Shown piece by piece: positions 25,617 to 35,577 of a stretch of DNA of 64,000 nucleotides. The DNA comes from Patescibacteria group bacterium. GTDB taxonomy: Bacteria > Patescibacteriota > Patescibacteriia > Veblenbacterales > UBA10138. The stretch spans positions 1,744 to 65,743 of the forward strand of contig JBAZQK010000008.1 in the NCBI GenBank assembly GCA_041645215.1. Direction: 5' to 3'. Within the stretch, counting starts at the first letter, position 1, and each line of letters starts with the position of its first letter. Position numbers and translations under genes: made by a program. The notes below the pieces were generated by a model. It searched no databases, was not told the origin of the DNA, and saw only the letters and a program-made list of their open reading frames with translations.

Positions 25617-28607
25617 ATGTTTTCAAAAAACCGCGATTATAAGGCAAAATACCGCCAAATCCTTAACCTGCCGCTTAATTTGTCAGCCCAGGCTTATTTT
25701 ATTTGTCAATTAATTAACCAATCAACCACCAGTCAGCTGGTCTGGAACCTAACTAATACCCGCTATCTTGAATCTGCCCAAAAACTCTTAACGTTTTTTG
25801 CCAAAGTTATTAAAATCCGGCTGTCAATATTTTTGTTTCCGCAAGACTGGCTCGATTGGCAAGCCCAACCAGCTGACACGGCCACTGTTTTGTTAGTTGC
25901 TGATGAACATTGGACGCTGGCCCTGGCCGACCCCAAAACTATTTCAGCCAATATTATCAATTTGGCGGTGGCGCAAACCATAAAACCACAACAATTAAAA
26001 GCGCGATTACTCGCCGCCGGTTATGAACCCGGTCCCTTGCCCGACGACGGCGGTTGGTTCTATCAGCAAGGGGGAATTTTATTTATAACCGATAATCACG
26101 CGACTTGGCGGATTATTTGGCAGGGCAATAAAATTGAATCAATTCGCCGTTATAATTTTTATACCGAAAACGATGACGCGCTCGTAAACAAAATAACTCT
26201 GGCTCCGCGCCAGCTGACACCACTGGCTGACTTCAGCTTGGCTGACTATTTAAGGGCCAATTATATTATAGTTAACGCCCCGGCCGCTATTAAAACCAAC
26301 CACGCCATTACCTGCCACCCGACCGCTGGTTCACCCTTAAGGGGCGTACCGACCCTTACTCAACAATGGCCCCTAATCAACGATTATATCGCCCGGCAAA
26401 TCAGCCGCGGCTATAGCGTGAAAATTTTATCAACCGAAATTCCGCTTATTAAAACTTGGCTCGCGCCCCGGGCCCCGGCGATTGACTGGCAGGCTATATC
26501 CGACCGGCTGGCTTACGAGCTGGAGGGATTTACTGACGATATCAGCCGGATGATTTATTTAACCGACCGCGAATTAATCGGTCGCCGCCGCCGCCGTTTT
26601 GCCACTAACTTAGCGTCATACGAAAAACTAAAAACCGGTGATTATGTCGTTCATATTGACCATGGCATCGGGCGTTTTAACAGCTTAATAAACCAAACTA
26701 TCGACGGGCAAGTTCGCGATTATTTATTAGTTGATTATGCTGATAATGATAAATTATACGTGCCGGTTGAACACACTGACCGATTGTCGCGTTATCGGGG
26801 CGGTCCGCACCCGATCTTACAACGGTTACACAGCGCCAGTTGGTTTAAAATCACCAAAAAAGTCAAAGCCGAAACGGCGGCGTTGGCGAACGAACTTATT
26901 AAAATTCAGGCCGCCCGGAAAATTACGTCAACTAAACCAATGTCAGCCTACCCCGAGGAGTATATACTGGCGGCCAGTTTTCCCTGGCCGCTCACGAGCG
27001 ATCAATTAAAAGCCTGGTCAGACATCACCGCTGATTTGTCGCGCCCGCAACCAATGGAGCGCTTAATCTGCGGCGATGTCGGCTTTGGTAAGACTGAATT
27101 AGCCATTCGGACCGCTTACCGCGCCGTCCTTAATGGGTACCAGGTCGCCCTACTGGCGCCAACTACTTTATTAGCTCAACAACACTACGATACTTTTAAC
27201 GGCCGACTAAACCACGCGGCTCTTACTATCGGTTTAATTTCACGACGCCAGACCGGACCGGAACAAACCAGTCTCCTTAAACAGCTGGCGCAAGGCCGAA
27301 CCGATATTATTATCGGCACTCACGCTTTACTGGCGGTCCGCGTTGAATTTGCCCGGCTGGGACTTTTAATTATTGATGAAGAACAGCGCTTTGGCGTTAA
27401 ACAAAAAGAAAAATTAAAACAATACAAACCCAGTGTCCATGTGCTGACGCTGTCAGCCACCCCCATACCACGCACGCTGAATTTGGCCGTCTCCAGTTTG
27501 CGCGATCTGTCAATTATTATGACACCGCCCGTCGGACGGCAGCCAATAACCACCACCATAGCTGTTTTTAACAACAATCTTATTAAGCAAGCCATTACGG
27601 CTGAAATTAAACGGCGCGGGCAAGTTTACTATTTGGTTAATCATATTGCTGATTTACCAGCCGCCGCCCAACGGCTTAAAAATTTAATTAAGGGCTTAAA
27701 GCTGGGAATTATTCACGGCCGTATGGCCGGCGGACAAGCGGAACAAGTTATGCGCGACTTTGACAATAATCAACTGGACCTTTTGTTGGCCACCAGCATT
27801 ATTGAAAATGGTCTTGACTTGCCCAATGTTAATACCTTAATTGTTGAACATGCCGAAAAATTCGGCTTAGCTGATTTGTACCAGCTCAAAGGCCGCGTTG
27901 GCCGCGGGACGGCTAAAGCTTACGCTTATTTTTTAGTTCCCGAGCGACTGCCGGAACTCGGCCGCCAGCGCCTGCAAGCTTTGCGCGCCGCGGCCGATTT
28001 AGGCAGTGGACTTAGTTTGGCGTTCAAAGATATGGAGTTAAGAGGCGCCGGCGCTATTCTTGGCCGGGCCCAACACGGCCAGATTAATGCGGTGGGGGTG
28101 CACCTTTATGGACAACTCCTGGCCCAAGCGGTGGAGGAACTTAAAACCGGGCAAGCTTTGCCAGGCGTACCCGAAGTTTTGTTGCGCTTGCCGTTGGCGG
28201 GCCGTTTATCAGAGCAACTAATACCCAATGAATTTAATCGCATTCAAATTTATCAACGCTTGGCCGGCCAACGTGATACCAGCGAACTTAAACATTTGGC
28301 GGAAGAATTAATTGGACGCCCGCTCAACGATACCGCGCCTGATCGCCAACTAAAAAATCTTTTGACGCTGTTGGAAATAAAAATTTTAAGCGAACGGAGC
28401 GGACTCCGTGAAGTAGCCTGTCAAACTCAAAATCAACTTGGTCGCTTTTCAATTCGTTTTATTAATCCGCTGTTACCGGCCCCAGCCGCCAAACTATACG
28501 AATTGGGTTGGCATCCGGTTGAGTCGTCTTGGCAAGCGCGACAGCCTTTGGCGGCCGGCGCTTGGATTGAGTGGCTTAAACAATCGCTAATAATGCTGGG
28601 TAATTAA
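25617..28607 (+). CDS. mfd: Transcription-repair coupling factor Mfd
   Basis: 996 aa; RNAP-interacting TRCF domain (DYLLVDYADNDKLYVPVEHTDRLSRY), SF2 helicase motifs (LLAPTTLLAQQHY, DEEQRFGV, LTLSATPIPRT), C-terminal TRG region. Confidence 0.85.
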   Translation: MFSKNRDYKAKYRQILNLPLNLSAQAYFICQLINQSTTSQLVWNLTNTRYLESAQKLLTFFAKVIKIRLSIFLFPQDWLDWQAQPADTATVLLVADEHWTLALADPKTISANIINLAVAQTIKPQQLKARLLAAGYEPGPLPDDGGWFYQQGGILFITDNHATWRIIWQGNKIESIRRYNFYTENDDALVNKITLAPRQLTPLADFSLADYLRANYIIVNAPAAIKTNHAITCHPTAGSPLRGVPTLTQQWPLINDYIARQISRGYSVKILSTEIPLIKTWLAPRAPAIDWQAISDRLAYELEGFTDDISRMIYLTDRELIGRRRRRFATNLASYEKLKTGDYVVHIDHGIGRFNSLINQTIDGQVRDYLLVDYADNDKLYVPVEHTDRLSRYRGGPHPILQRLHSASWFKITKKVKAETAALANELIKIQAARKITSTKPMSAYPEEYILAASFPWPLTSDQLKAWSDITADLSRPQPMERLICGDVGFGKTELAIRTAYRAVLNGYQVALLAPTTLLAQQHYDTFNGRLNHAALTIGLISRRQTGPEQTSLLKQLAQGRTDIIIGTHALLAVRVEFARLGLLIIDEEQRFGVKQKEKLKQYKPSVHVLTLSATPIPRTLNLAVSSLRDLSIIMTPPVGRQPITTTIAVFNNNLIKQAITAEIKRRGQVYYLVNHIADLPAAAQRLKNLIKGLKLGIIHGRMAGGQAEQVMRDFDNNQLDLLLATSIIENGLDLPNVNTLIVEHAEKFGLADLYQLKGRVGRGTAKAYAYFLVPERLPELGRQRLQALRAAADLGSGLSLAFKDMELRGAGAILGRAQHGQINAVGVHLYGQLLAQAVEELKTGQALPGVPEVLLRLPLAGRLSEQLIPNEFNRIQIYQRLAGQRDTSELKHLAEELIGRPLNDTAPDRQLKNLLTLLEIKILSERSGLREVACQTQNQLGRFSIRFINPLLPAPAAKLYELGWHPVESSWQARQPLAAGAWIEWLKQSLIMLGN

Positions 28608-28936
28608 ATTTCCACTGCTATAAAACCCTGGCGGCAAAGACCGACCCCGAATCATAATTTAAAACCATTCGTACGAGCCAAACTATTCGCGGGTACCCTC
28701 GGGCAATTCACTATTTATAGTGTGGCACTTAGAACAAACTATAGTTCCACCCTTAAGCGGCGCGTCACAATGACGGCAGGATTTTTCCTTTTTTTCGTCA
28801 TCATAGTCGCCCAAGTCACTATTAAATTCGGGATTAAAAGGCGGGTCGTATTTAAACATAAATTAAATGGTTATTTGTCTTTTTTGACAATTAAACTTAA
28901 TCTTAATCATTATAGCTTAATTTTTGAGGAGGGGCT

Positions 28937-30022
28937 ATGGCAAATAACAATTCAGACTTAATCTACTGGCTAGCCTGGCTATCACATCCTAAAATCGGTC
29001 CGACTCGCTTTGCCCTGCTGCGCCGCCATTTTTCCACTCTGGCCGAGGCTTGGCAAGCCGACAGCCAAAAATTATTACAAGCCGGGTTAGACAGCGAAAC
29101 TGTGGCCGCCTTATCCAACCACCGCCACCAAATCGACCCGGCTAAACTATGGACCCGACTTAATGAACTAAAAATCAGCGTTGTCGCCCTGTTTGATGAG
29201 GCCTACCCCAAACTGTTAAAGGAAATTGCTGATCCGCCGCCACTGTTATTTTATAAAGGCTCCGCCGCCGCTTGGCAAAACCAATGTTTAGCTATAGTTG
29301 GTTCGCGTCGCCCGACCGGCTATGGCTTACGCGTAACCAGTGAACTGGGCAAAGACCTGGCCGTCGCTGGTTTAACAATCGTGTCCGGTTTAGCTTATGG
29401 CATTGACACCGCCGCTCATCAGGCGGCCTTAGAAATAAAAACGCCGACTATCGCCGTACTGGCCAGCGGGCTTGATATTATCTACCCGGCCGCCAACCGA
29501 AATTTAGCCGACAAAATTATGGCTGACGGCGGAGCTTTGCTCAGTGAATTCACCCCTGGCCGGCCGCCGTTAAAACAAAATTTTCCTTATCGCAATCGAA
29601 TTATCGCCGGTCTGGCCCGCGGCACGCTGGTAACCGAGGCCACTCTTGATTCCGGGGCTTTAATCACCGCCAAACTGGCGCTGGAATATAACCGTGATGT
29701 TTTTGCCGTACCCGGCAGTATTTTTAGCGATCCGTCCCAGGGCACTAATGAACTGTTAAAATTAGGCGCCCGTTTGGTCACAAAATCATCTGACATCTTG
29801 GATTATTTCGGCCTTGACCAAACCAGCCACCGGCCGCGAATCAGCCTTAATGACGCCCAAGAAAAATTTTTAGAAATCTTTACGCGCGAACCAAAAAACC
29901 TCAACGATTTGATTGTTGAATCAACCCTGCCGGTCGCCAGTTTTATGGCCCAACTGACTGAATTTGAGCTAGCGGGCTGGGTTAAGGAAACTAGTCCTAA
30001 CTTTTACGCCCGGGCCTATTAA
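28937..30022 (+). CDS. dprA: DNA processing protein DprA (Smf)
   Basis: 361 aa; Rossmann-like DprA core (IVGSRRPTGYG...IVSGLAYGIDTAAH...VPG) and C-terminal winged helix. Confidence 0.85.
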   Translation: MANNNSDLIYWLAWLSHPKIGPTRFALLRRHFSTLAEAWQADSQKLLQAGLDSETVAALSNHRHQIDPAKLWTRLNELKISVVALFDEAYPKLLKEIADPPPLLFYKGSAAAWQNQCLAIVGSRRPTGYGLRVTSELGKDLAVAGLTIVSGLAYGIDTAAHQAALEIKTPTIAVLASGLDIIYPAANRNLADKIMADGGALLSEFTPGRPPLKQNFPYRNRIIAGLARGTLVTEATLDSGALITAKLALEYNRDVFAVPGSIFSDPSQGTNELLKLGARLVTKSSDILDYFGLDQTSHRPRISLNDAQEKFLEIFTREPKNLNDLIVESTLPVASFMAQLTEFELAGWVKETSPNFYARAY

Positions 30023-30092
30023 TATTTGCCAAAAACTTTTAAATCGTGGTATAACCTATTAAGTTAAATCATAGACGACAACCTCTAACCCA

Positions 30093-30207
30093 TAAAATCC
30101 AAATAACAAATTTCAAATGTCAAACCAATGACTTAATGACTAAATGCCAAAAAAGTTTTGGAATTTGGATTTGATTTGACATTTGACATTTGGATTTTGA
30201 AATTAAT
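30093..30207. repeat. AT-rich imperfect palindromic element (AAATCC/TTTGGA word family) upstream of topA
   Basis: Arms AAAATCCAAATAACAAATTTCAAATGTCAAA ... TTTGACATTTGACATTTGGATTTTGAAATT. Confidence 0.45.
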
Positions 30208-30230
30208 TGGATACTATAACTTTTCCAGTT

Positions 30231-32900
30231 ATGTCATCAGCCTTAATCATCGTTGAATCTCCCACCAAAGCCAAAACCATTGGCCGCTTTTTGGACAATA
30301 ACTATAAGGTAATGTCATCTTACGGCCATGTCCGTGATCTGCCCAAATCTAAATTGGGCATTGATGTGGACGATGATTTCAAGCCGCAGTACCAATTGAT
30401 CGCCCGCGCTAAACCAGCCGTGGCCGAACTTAAACAGGCAGTGGCCAAGGTTGACACGATATATTTAGCGACTGACGAAGATCGCGAGGGTGAGGCTATT
30501 TCCTGGCACCTCGCGCAAGTCCTTAAGCTAAACGCGGACAATTGTAAACGCATTGTTTTTCACGAAATCACTCCAGAGGCCATTGAGCAGGCCTTAAAAA
30601 ATCCGCGCGCCATTGATAATAATTTGGTGCGGGCCCAGGAAGCGCGCCGCTTACTGGACCGGCTTTATGGTTACAGCGTGTCGCCCTTGCTGTGGCAAAA
30701 AATTAAAGTCGGCTTGTCCGCCGGACGAGTGCAAAGCGTGGCTATCCGCATATTGGTGGAGCGCGAGCGCGAGCGCTTAGGTTTTAACACCGCTGAATAT
30801 TGGGATGTTTTAGCTACTTTTGCCACTTTAAAGCTCGAAGAATTCACCGCCCAATTAGTCAATTTAAATAATCAACCCCTGGCCCTTGGTAAAGATTTTG
30901 CCGGTGACACTGGTTTACTAAAAAACCACAACCCCCTTTGGCTTAAAAAAGTTGAAGCTGAACAATTGGTCGCTGAACTTAAGAACGAACCCGCTTTGGT
31001 CCAAAGTGTTGAAAGCAAACCGTTTGTAGAAAAACCGTTAGCCCCTTTTATCACCAGCACCTTGCAACAGGAATCAAATCGTAAATTACGATACTCGGCC
31101 CGACGCACCATGCAACTGGCCCAGGATTTGTATGAAAACGGTTACATTACTTATATGCGGACAGATTCCACTTTGTTGTCGGAACAGGCCATAACCGCCG
31201 CCCGGAATTGGATTAAAGAGCAATACGGTAATGAATATTTAAGCCCGAGCGCGCGTCAATACCAAACCAAAGTTAAAAACGCCCAGGAAGCGCACGAGGC
31301 GATTCGTCCGGCCGGGGCTAATTTTAAACCGCTTGACCAGGTAAAAATCGAGGTCAGTGACGACACTTACCGGCTATACGAACTAATTTGGAAACGCACC
31401 GTGGCTTCGCAAATGGCTGATTGTCGCGGCGATCGTGTAACTATTCTTGTGGAAATGAAGTCTCACCAATCTGCAACTTTAACCAATACCGCGTCTGATA
31501 ATTCCCAGAATCCAAAGGAAAGTAAAAAAACGGATAGACTCCCGTACCGTAGCGGTCTTAACAGTACTGGCAGCGGGGTTAAAAATGCTATCTTTCGCGC
31601 CAGTGGCAAGGCCATAACCTTTGAAGGTTACCGCCGGGCCTATGTGGAAGGATCAGACAGTCCGGAAACTGATTTAGCCGAACAAGAAAAAATTCTGCCC
31701 GCGGTTACGGCTCAGGAAAAATTACAAACCGTTAAGCTTGAACCTAAAGGCCATATTACCCAGCCGCCGGCTCGCCTCACCGAAGCCGCTTTGATTAAGG
31801 AATTGGAAACGCGCGGCATCGGCCGGCCATCCACCTACGCCTCCATTATCGACACGATTGAACGCCGCGATTATGCGGTTAAACGCGGCACTACCTTAAT
31901 ACCGACCTTTACCGCCTTCGCGGTTGTTAATTTAATGGAAAAATATTTAGCCAACTTGGTTGATTACAATTTTACCGCTCATATGGAAGATGAGCTTGAT
32001 GAAATCGCCGCCGGCGACTTGGACGATAAAACTTATTTAAAGGAATTTTATTTTGGCGATAATAACAACGGTTTGGTACAAATTTTAAGCGCCGTCAAAG
32101 ACAGTATTGACCCGCGCACCACCAGCGGCGTCACTATTGGCGAATATGAAGGTAAAATCGTAGAGGTCAGAATCGGCCGCTATGGACCGTTTATTAAATG
32201 GAACGATCTCACCGCGCCCTTGCCGCCAGATATAGCGCCGGACGATTTAACTATTACCAGGGCAGTTGAACTTATTAAACAAGGCAGCGCCGGGCCCAAA
32301 ATTTTAGGCGCCGACCCGCACAGCGGCCTTCAGGTTTATGCTAAAGTCGGACGCTTTGGACCATACGTGCAACTGGGCGAATCACTTAAGGCTGATAATA
32401 AAGACAAAACCGCCAAACCAAAAATGGCCTCTTTGCTTAAATCAATGACGCCCCAAACCGTCACGCTGGAGCAGGCTTTGCAGTTGTTATCGCTTCCCCG
32501 TCCGCTCGGTACCAATCCCAAAACCAATTTAGAAGTTACCGCCGCCAATGGACGGTTCGGTCCTTATATTAAATCCGGTGCGGAAACTCGGAGTATTCCC
32601 GCTACCGCCGATGTTTTGCATATCACCCTTGGCGAGGCGCTGGAACTTTTAGCCCAGGACAAAAAATCATCCCGCCGCGGCGCTGAAGTAATTAAAGAGC
32701 TGGGTAAAAATTCCGCCACTGACAAAACTATTAAAATAATGAGCGGCCGCTACGGCATGTATGTGACTGATGGTGAGACTAACGCCACGATTAACCAAGG
32801 CCTAGCCGCTGATAATATTACCCTTGAACAAGCTGTTGAACTTATTAAGGCGCGCGAAGGCGTGCCAAAGAAGCGACGCACCAGCCGCAAAAAATCTTAA
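30231..32900 (+). CDS. topA: DNA topoisomerase I
   Basis: ~890 aa from ATG 30231 (MSSALIIVESPTKAKTI Toprim start); EDREGE, active-site YITYMRTDS; C-terminal repeated GRFGPY zinc-ribbon-like/Topo_C repeats. Confidence 0.9.
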   Translation: MSSALIIVESPTKAKTIGRFLDNNYKVMSSYGHVRDLPKSKLGIDVDDDFKPQYQLIARAKPAVAELKQAVAKVDTIYLATDEDREGEAISWHLAQVLKLNADNCKRIVFHEITPEAIEQALKNPRAIDNNLVRAQEARRLLDRLYGYSVSPLLWQKIKVGLSAGRVQSVAIRILVERERERLGFNTAEYWDVLATFATLKLEEFTAQLVNLNNQPLALGKDFAGDTGLLKNHNPLWLKKVEAEQLVAELKNEPALVQSVESKPFVEKPLAPFITSTLQQESNRKLRYSARRTMQLAQDLYENGYITYMRTDSTLLSEQAITAARNWIKEQYGNEYLSPSARQYQTKVKNAQEAHEAIRPAGANFKPLDQVKIEVSDDTYRLYELIWKRTVASQMADCRGDRVTILVEMKSHQSATLTNTASDNSQNPKESKKTDRLPYRSGLNSTGSGVKNAIFRASGKAITFEGYRRAYVEGSDSPETDLAEQEKILPAVTAQEKLQTVKLEPKGHITQPPARLTEAALIKELETRGIGRPSTYASIIDTIERRDYAVKRGTTLIPTFTAFAVVNLMEKYLANLVDYNFTAHMEDELDEIAAGDLDDKTYLKEFYFGDNNNGLVQILSAVKDSIDPRTTSGVTIGEYEGKIVEVRIGRYGPFIKWNDLTAPLPPDIAPDDLTITRAVELIKQGSAGPKILGADPHSGLQVYAKVGRFGPYVQLGESLKADNKDKTAKPKMASLLKSMTPQTVTLEQALQLLSLPRPLGTNPKTNLEVTAANGRFGPYIKSGAETRSIPATADVLHITLGEALELLAQDKKSSRRGAEVIKELGKNSATDKTIKIMSGRYGMYVTDGETNATINQGLAADNITLEQAVELIKAREGVPKKRRTSRKKS

Positions 32901-33060
32901 ATCCTAAAACTTAAATCCCAACAATTTAAACTCAAAACGCAAAAGTAAAAGCTCAAAACCACTAAAAGCCTCGCTTTTACTTTGTCATTGGGATTTTGGA
33001 GATTGGGTATTATTTAGGATTTAGAAATTAGAAATTAGGATTTGTATTCGTAATTCTTAC
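32901..33060. repeat. AT-rich imperfect palindromic element downstream of topA, sharing the core TTTTGGAGATTGG-TATT-ATTTAGGATTT with the element at 37054..37170
   Basis: Read directly; ~35 bp shared core with 37095-37140. Confidence 0.45.
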
Positions 33061-33311
33061 CCAGTATAACTATTTTGTTATAGCTCGCTTGTAAAATAAA
33101 ATTTATAAACCAGGTAAGTAGCCTATGCCAGCGTTATCTCTTACTAGTTATTTAATTTAAGCTCGCTAAATTTTATTTAACAAAGTTGTTATACTGGGCT
33201 TAATTCATAATTCTATTTAGCCGTGGAACACTTTATTCCACGCTCTTTTATTTTCCCTGCTATTAGCCATAAGCTATTGGCTAATAGCTATTTTATGTTC
33301 CACGAGCCTTG

Positions 33312-33341
33312 ACAAATTGGGGCTGGGGGAGTATACTAATT
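33312..33341 (+). promoter_or_regulatory. Consensus sigma70-like promoter TTGACA-17-TATACT in a 700-bp non-coding region
   Basis: TTGACA (33312-33317), 17-nt spacer, TATACT; the G-rich spacer word GGGGCTGGGGGAG is repeated at 33418. Confidence 0.5.
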
Positions 33342-33725
33342 AGTTATTTAATGGAAAAGTCGTAGTTGACACAGGGGATGTTCTTTAACAATTAAGCCAG
33401 ATCCACCCCTCTTAATAATAAGAGGGGCTGGGGGAGTTATATTCTGCTTATTCATAACCCCCTTTAATCCCCCTTAGCTTAAGGGGGAGATAACGCTTTA
33501 AATATGCGTCTGGCACAATCTAACATTTCTCCTTACCAACTCGGGAGGGGAGAAGGGTTAATGAGCTAGGATATTGACTGGTACCATCAAATTGGCCACT
33601 GGTCTTTTCCAGACTAATTAATCTTAAAACGTCAGTCTTTTTTAGACATAAGGCGTTTTCAACTTCTCCTCCGGATTAGTAAGGAGAAATAAATCCAAAT
33701 TACTAAGACAAAAAACAAAAACTAA

Positions 33726-33920
33726 ATGGAGGTTATCATGAACAACCAATTTAATCCGCAATCCATCTTGGATTGGGCACTCATCGGCATTGGACTCATT
33801 GGTCTATTTTTTTATTTTATCGGCGATAGTAAATCTAAACCTTACCTAGAATTCGTTGGTATAGTACTAATGTTCGTCGTCGTAATGATAATCATCATAA
33901 CAAAATTACATTGGTTTTAA
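33726..33920 (+). CDS. Small 2-TM membrane protein
   Basis: 64 aa; GGAGG RBS 7 nt upstream. Confidence 0.4.
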   Translation: MEVIMNNQFNPQSILDWALIGIGLIGLFFYFIGDSKSKPYLEFVGIVLMFVVVMIIIITKLHWF

Positions 33921-33969
33921 AAACAAACAATCCCCCGGCGCCGAGGGTAAAATCGGGTAAGGAGAAAAA

Positions 33970-34704
33970 GTGAAAAAAATAATATCTGTTATTGCTATTT
34001 TAGCCACAGTCATTCTTATCTCTTGTGGCGATGCCGGCGTTGATGTTGTTAACGACATCACGCCAGTACACAACTGGTCGCCTGAAAAACAAGCTATCCT
34101 TGACAGCTTAAAAAACATTCCGGTAACAAACCGTCAACAATTTTTATCAGCCAACTGGCCATCTTTAAGCGCTGATCTAGTTTTATTTCTTAAAGGAAGA
34201 AATAAAATTGAAAGAACAGCACAGATTGACTCCATTGTTTATAAATATGGCGATGCTGAAGGAGTCAAAGCTGAAGATGCCAGTGGAAAAGTTCATGAAG
34301 GGTATTTTAAAAATCAACTAGTAGCCTTCATCTACATAGCCAACCGACAAAAACCTTTAGCTATCTTAGTTTCTTGCGTCAATGGCGGCTTCCAACTGCC
34401 TGAAGACCTTGAATACGTAAAAAGAGATACCAAATTTGAATTCACTATTGAAAAGACTCGCGGAATAGCCTACTACGTAGGCTCAAACGAAACCGCGATA
34501 TATTTAGCGGAATTCTTTGGTCGACCCCTTTATGAAGGTAAAGGGATTAACAAGAAAAGATTAATTACACCAGCACAAGCACGACAAATAAATACCAACG
34601 AACTTCAAATTACTGTGTTGGTATACACTGGTGACTACTTCAACCTCAACACCATGGAGTACCGACCGGCACGCCAGCCAAATGTAAGGTACCCTGTATA
34701 CTAG
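33970..34704 (+). CDS. Hypothetical lipoprotein
   Basis: 244 aa; GTG start with AAGGAG RBS; lipobox LISC. Confidence 0.5.
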   Translation: MKKIISVIAILATVILISCGDAGVDVVNDITPVHNWSPEKQAILDSLKNIPVTNRQQFLSANWPSLSADLVLFLKGRNKIERTAQIDSIVYKYGDAEGVKAEDASGKVHEGYFKNQLVAFIYIANRQKPLAILVSCVNGGFQLPEDLEYVKRDTKFEFTIEKTRGIAYYVGSNETAIYLAEFFGRPLYEGKGINKKRLITPAQARQINTNELQITVLVYTGDYFNLNTMEYRPARQPNVRYPVY

Positions 34705-35024
34705 ACAAAGGATAACAAAAGATTTTTCTTTCCACCCAGACGCTGAAAAGCAATTCAGCGTCTTTTATTATTTCCAATTTCCAATTTTGAATTTTGATTT
34801 GCCAGTCCTCCACAGTCCCGCCGCCGGCGGGCCCCGCTTAGCGGGGCGGGCAGGTATTTGTATTTTTAATTTTCCTTCAAAGCCTATTGACAAAACAGGT
34901 CGGAAGGGCGTAAAGTAGTATACTAAATAAACATCGATTTCCCTGGCTGTCGCGCTCATCGCTCTTTAAAAAATTGAAAGCTATTAAATAAATCAAAATA
35001 TTATCAACCATCGGGAATAAAAAA

Positions 35025-35447
35025 ATGAAAAACATTAAATTGGTTATGGTAATTTTTATTGCCATAGCAGTAGTATCGCTTATATTGTTGCTTGACTTGT
35101 TTGTCATAAAAGGATTGCTGCCTTTTAATCAAGCAATTGAAAACAGCTTATTCTCTGGCCAACTAGGACTACTATTCCTCATCACCGGTGCGGTGATTTG
35201 GAAGCATGCGGACGCAAGTTCCAGCTCAACGGACGGAATTTGGCTAACTCTTGAACCACTATTAGCCATACTGACGTGGGGAGTAGGATTATTTATTATT
35301 GGAACTGGTATATTTGTGTTGCTGCCAAGTAAAGCATCTGAATTAATACTTGGATATTACACGCCAACATTAATGTTGGCGGCAATAATACTAATATCTG
35401 TAATATTCTTGTTTTACTACTTACACATAAAAGCGTCCAAAACCTAA
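35025..35447 (+). CDS. Hypothetical 4-TM membrane protein
   Basis: 140 aa. Confidence 0.4.
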   Translation: MKNIKLVMVIFIAIAVVSLILLLDLFVIKGLLPFNQAIENSLFSGQLGLLFLITGAVIWKHADASSSSTDGIWLTLEPLLAILTWGVGLFIIGTGIFVLLPSKASELILGYYTPTLMLAAIILISVIFLFYYLHIKASKT

Positions 35448-35577
35448 AAGATTGTTGTAGCTTCAGCTGACTGACTAGTTGTTTCATTATACTAGCCAGT
35501 CTTTTTATTATCTGGCTTTATATTTAGAACCTTGAAAAAAACCGTTATAAATGCTAATCTGATGTTTATCAATCATT

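Noticed and set aside
28722-28961. 79-aa ORF between mfd and dprA
   Set aside because: No RBS, low-complexity; it overlaps the dprA start. More likely a promoter or leader region.
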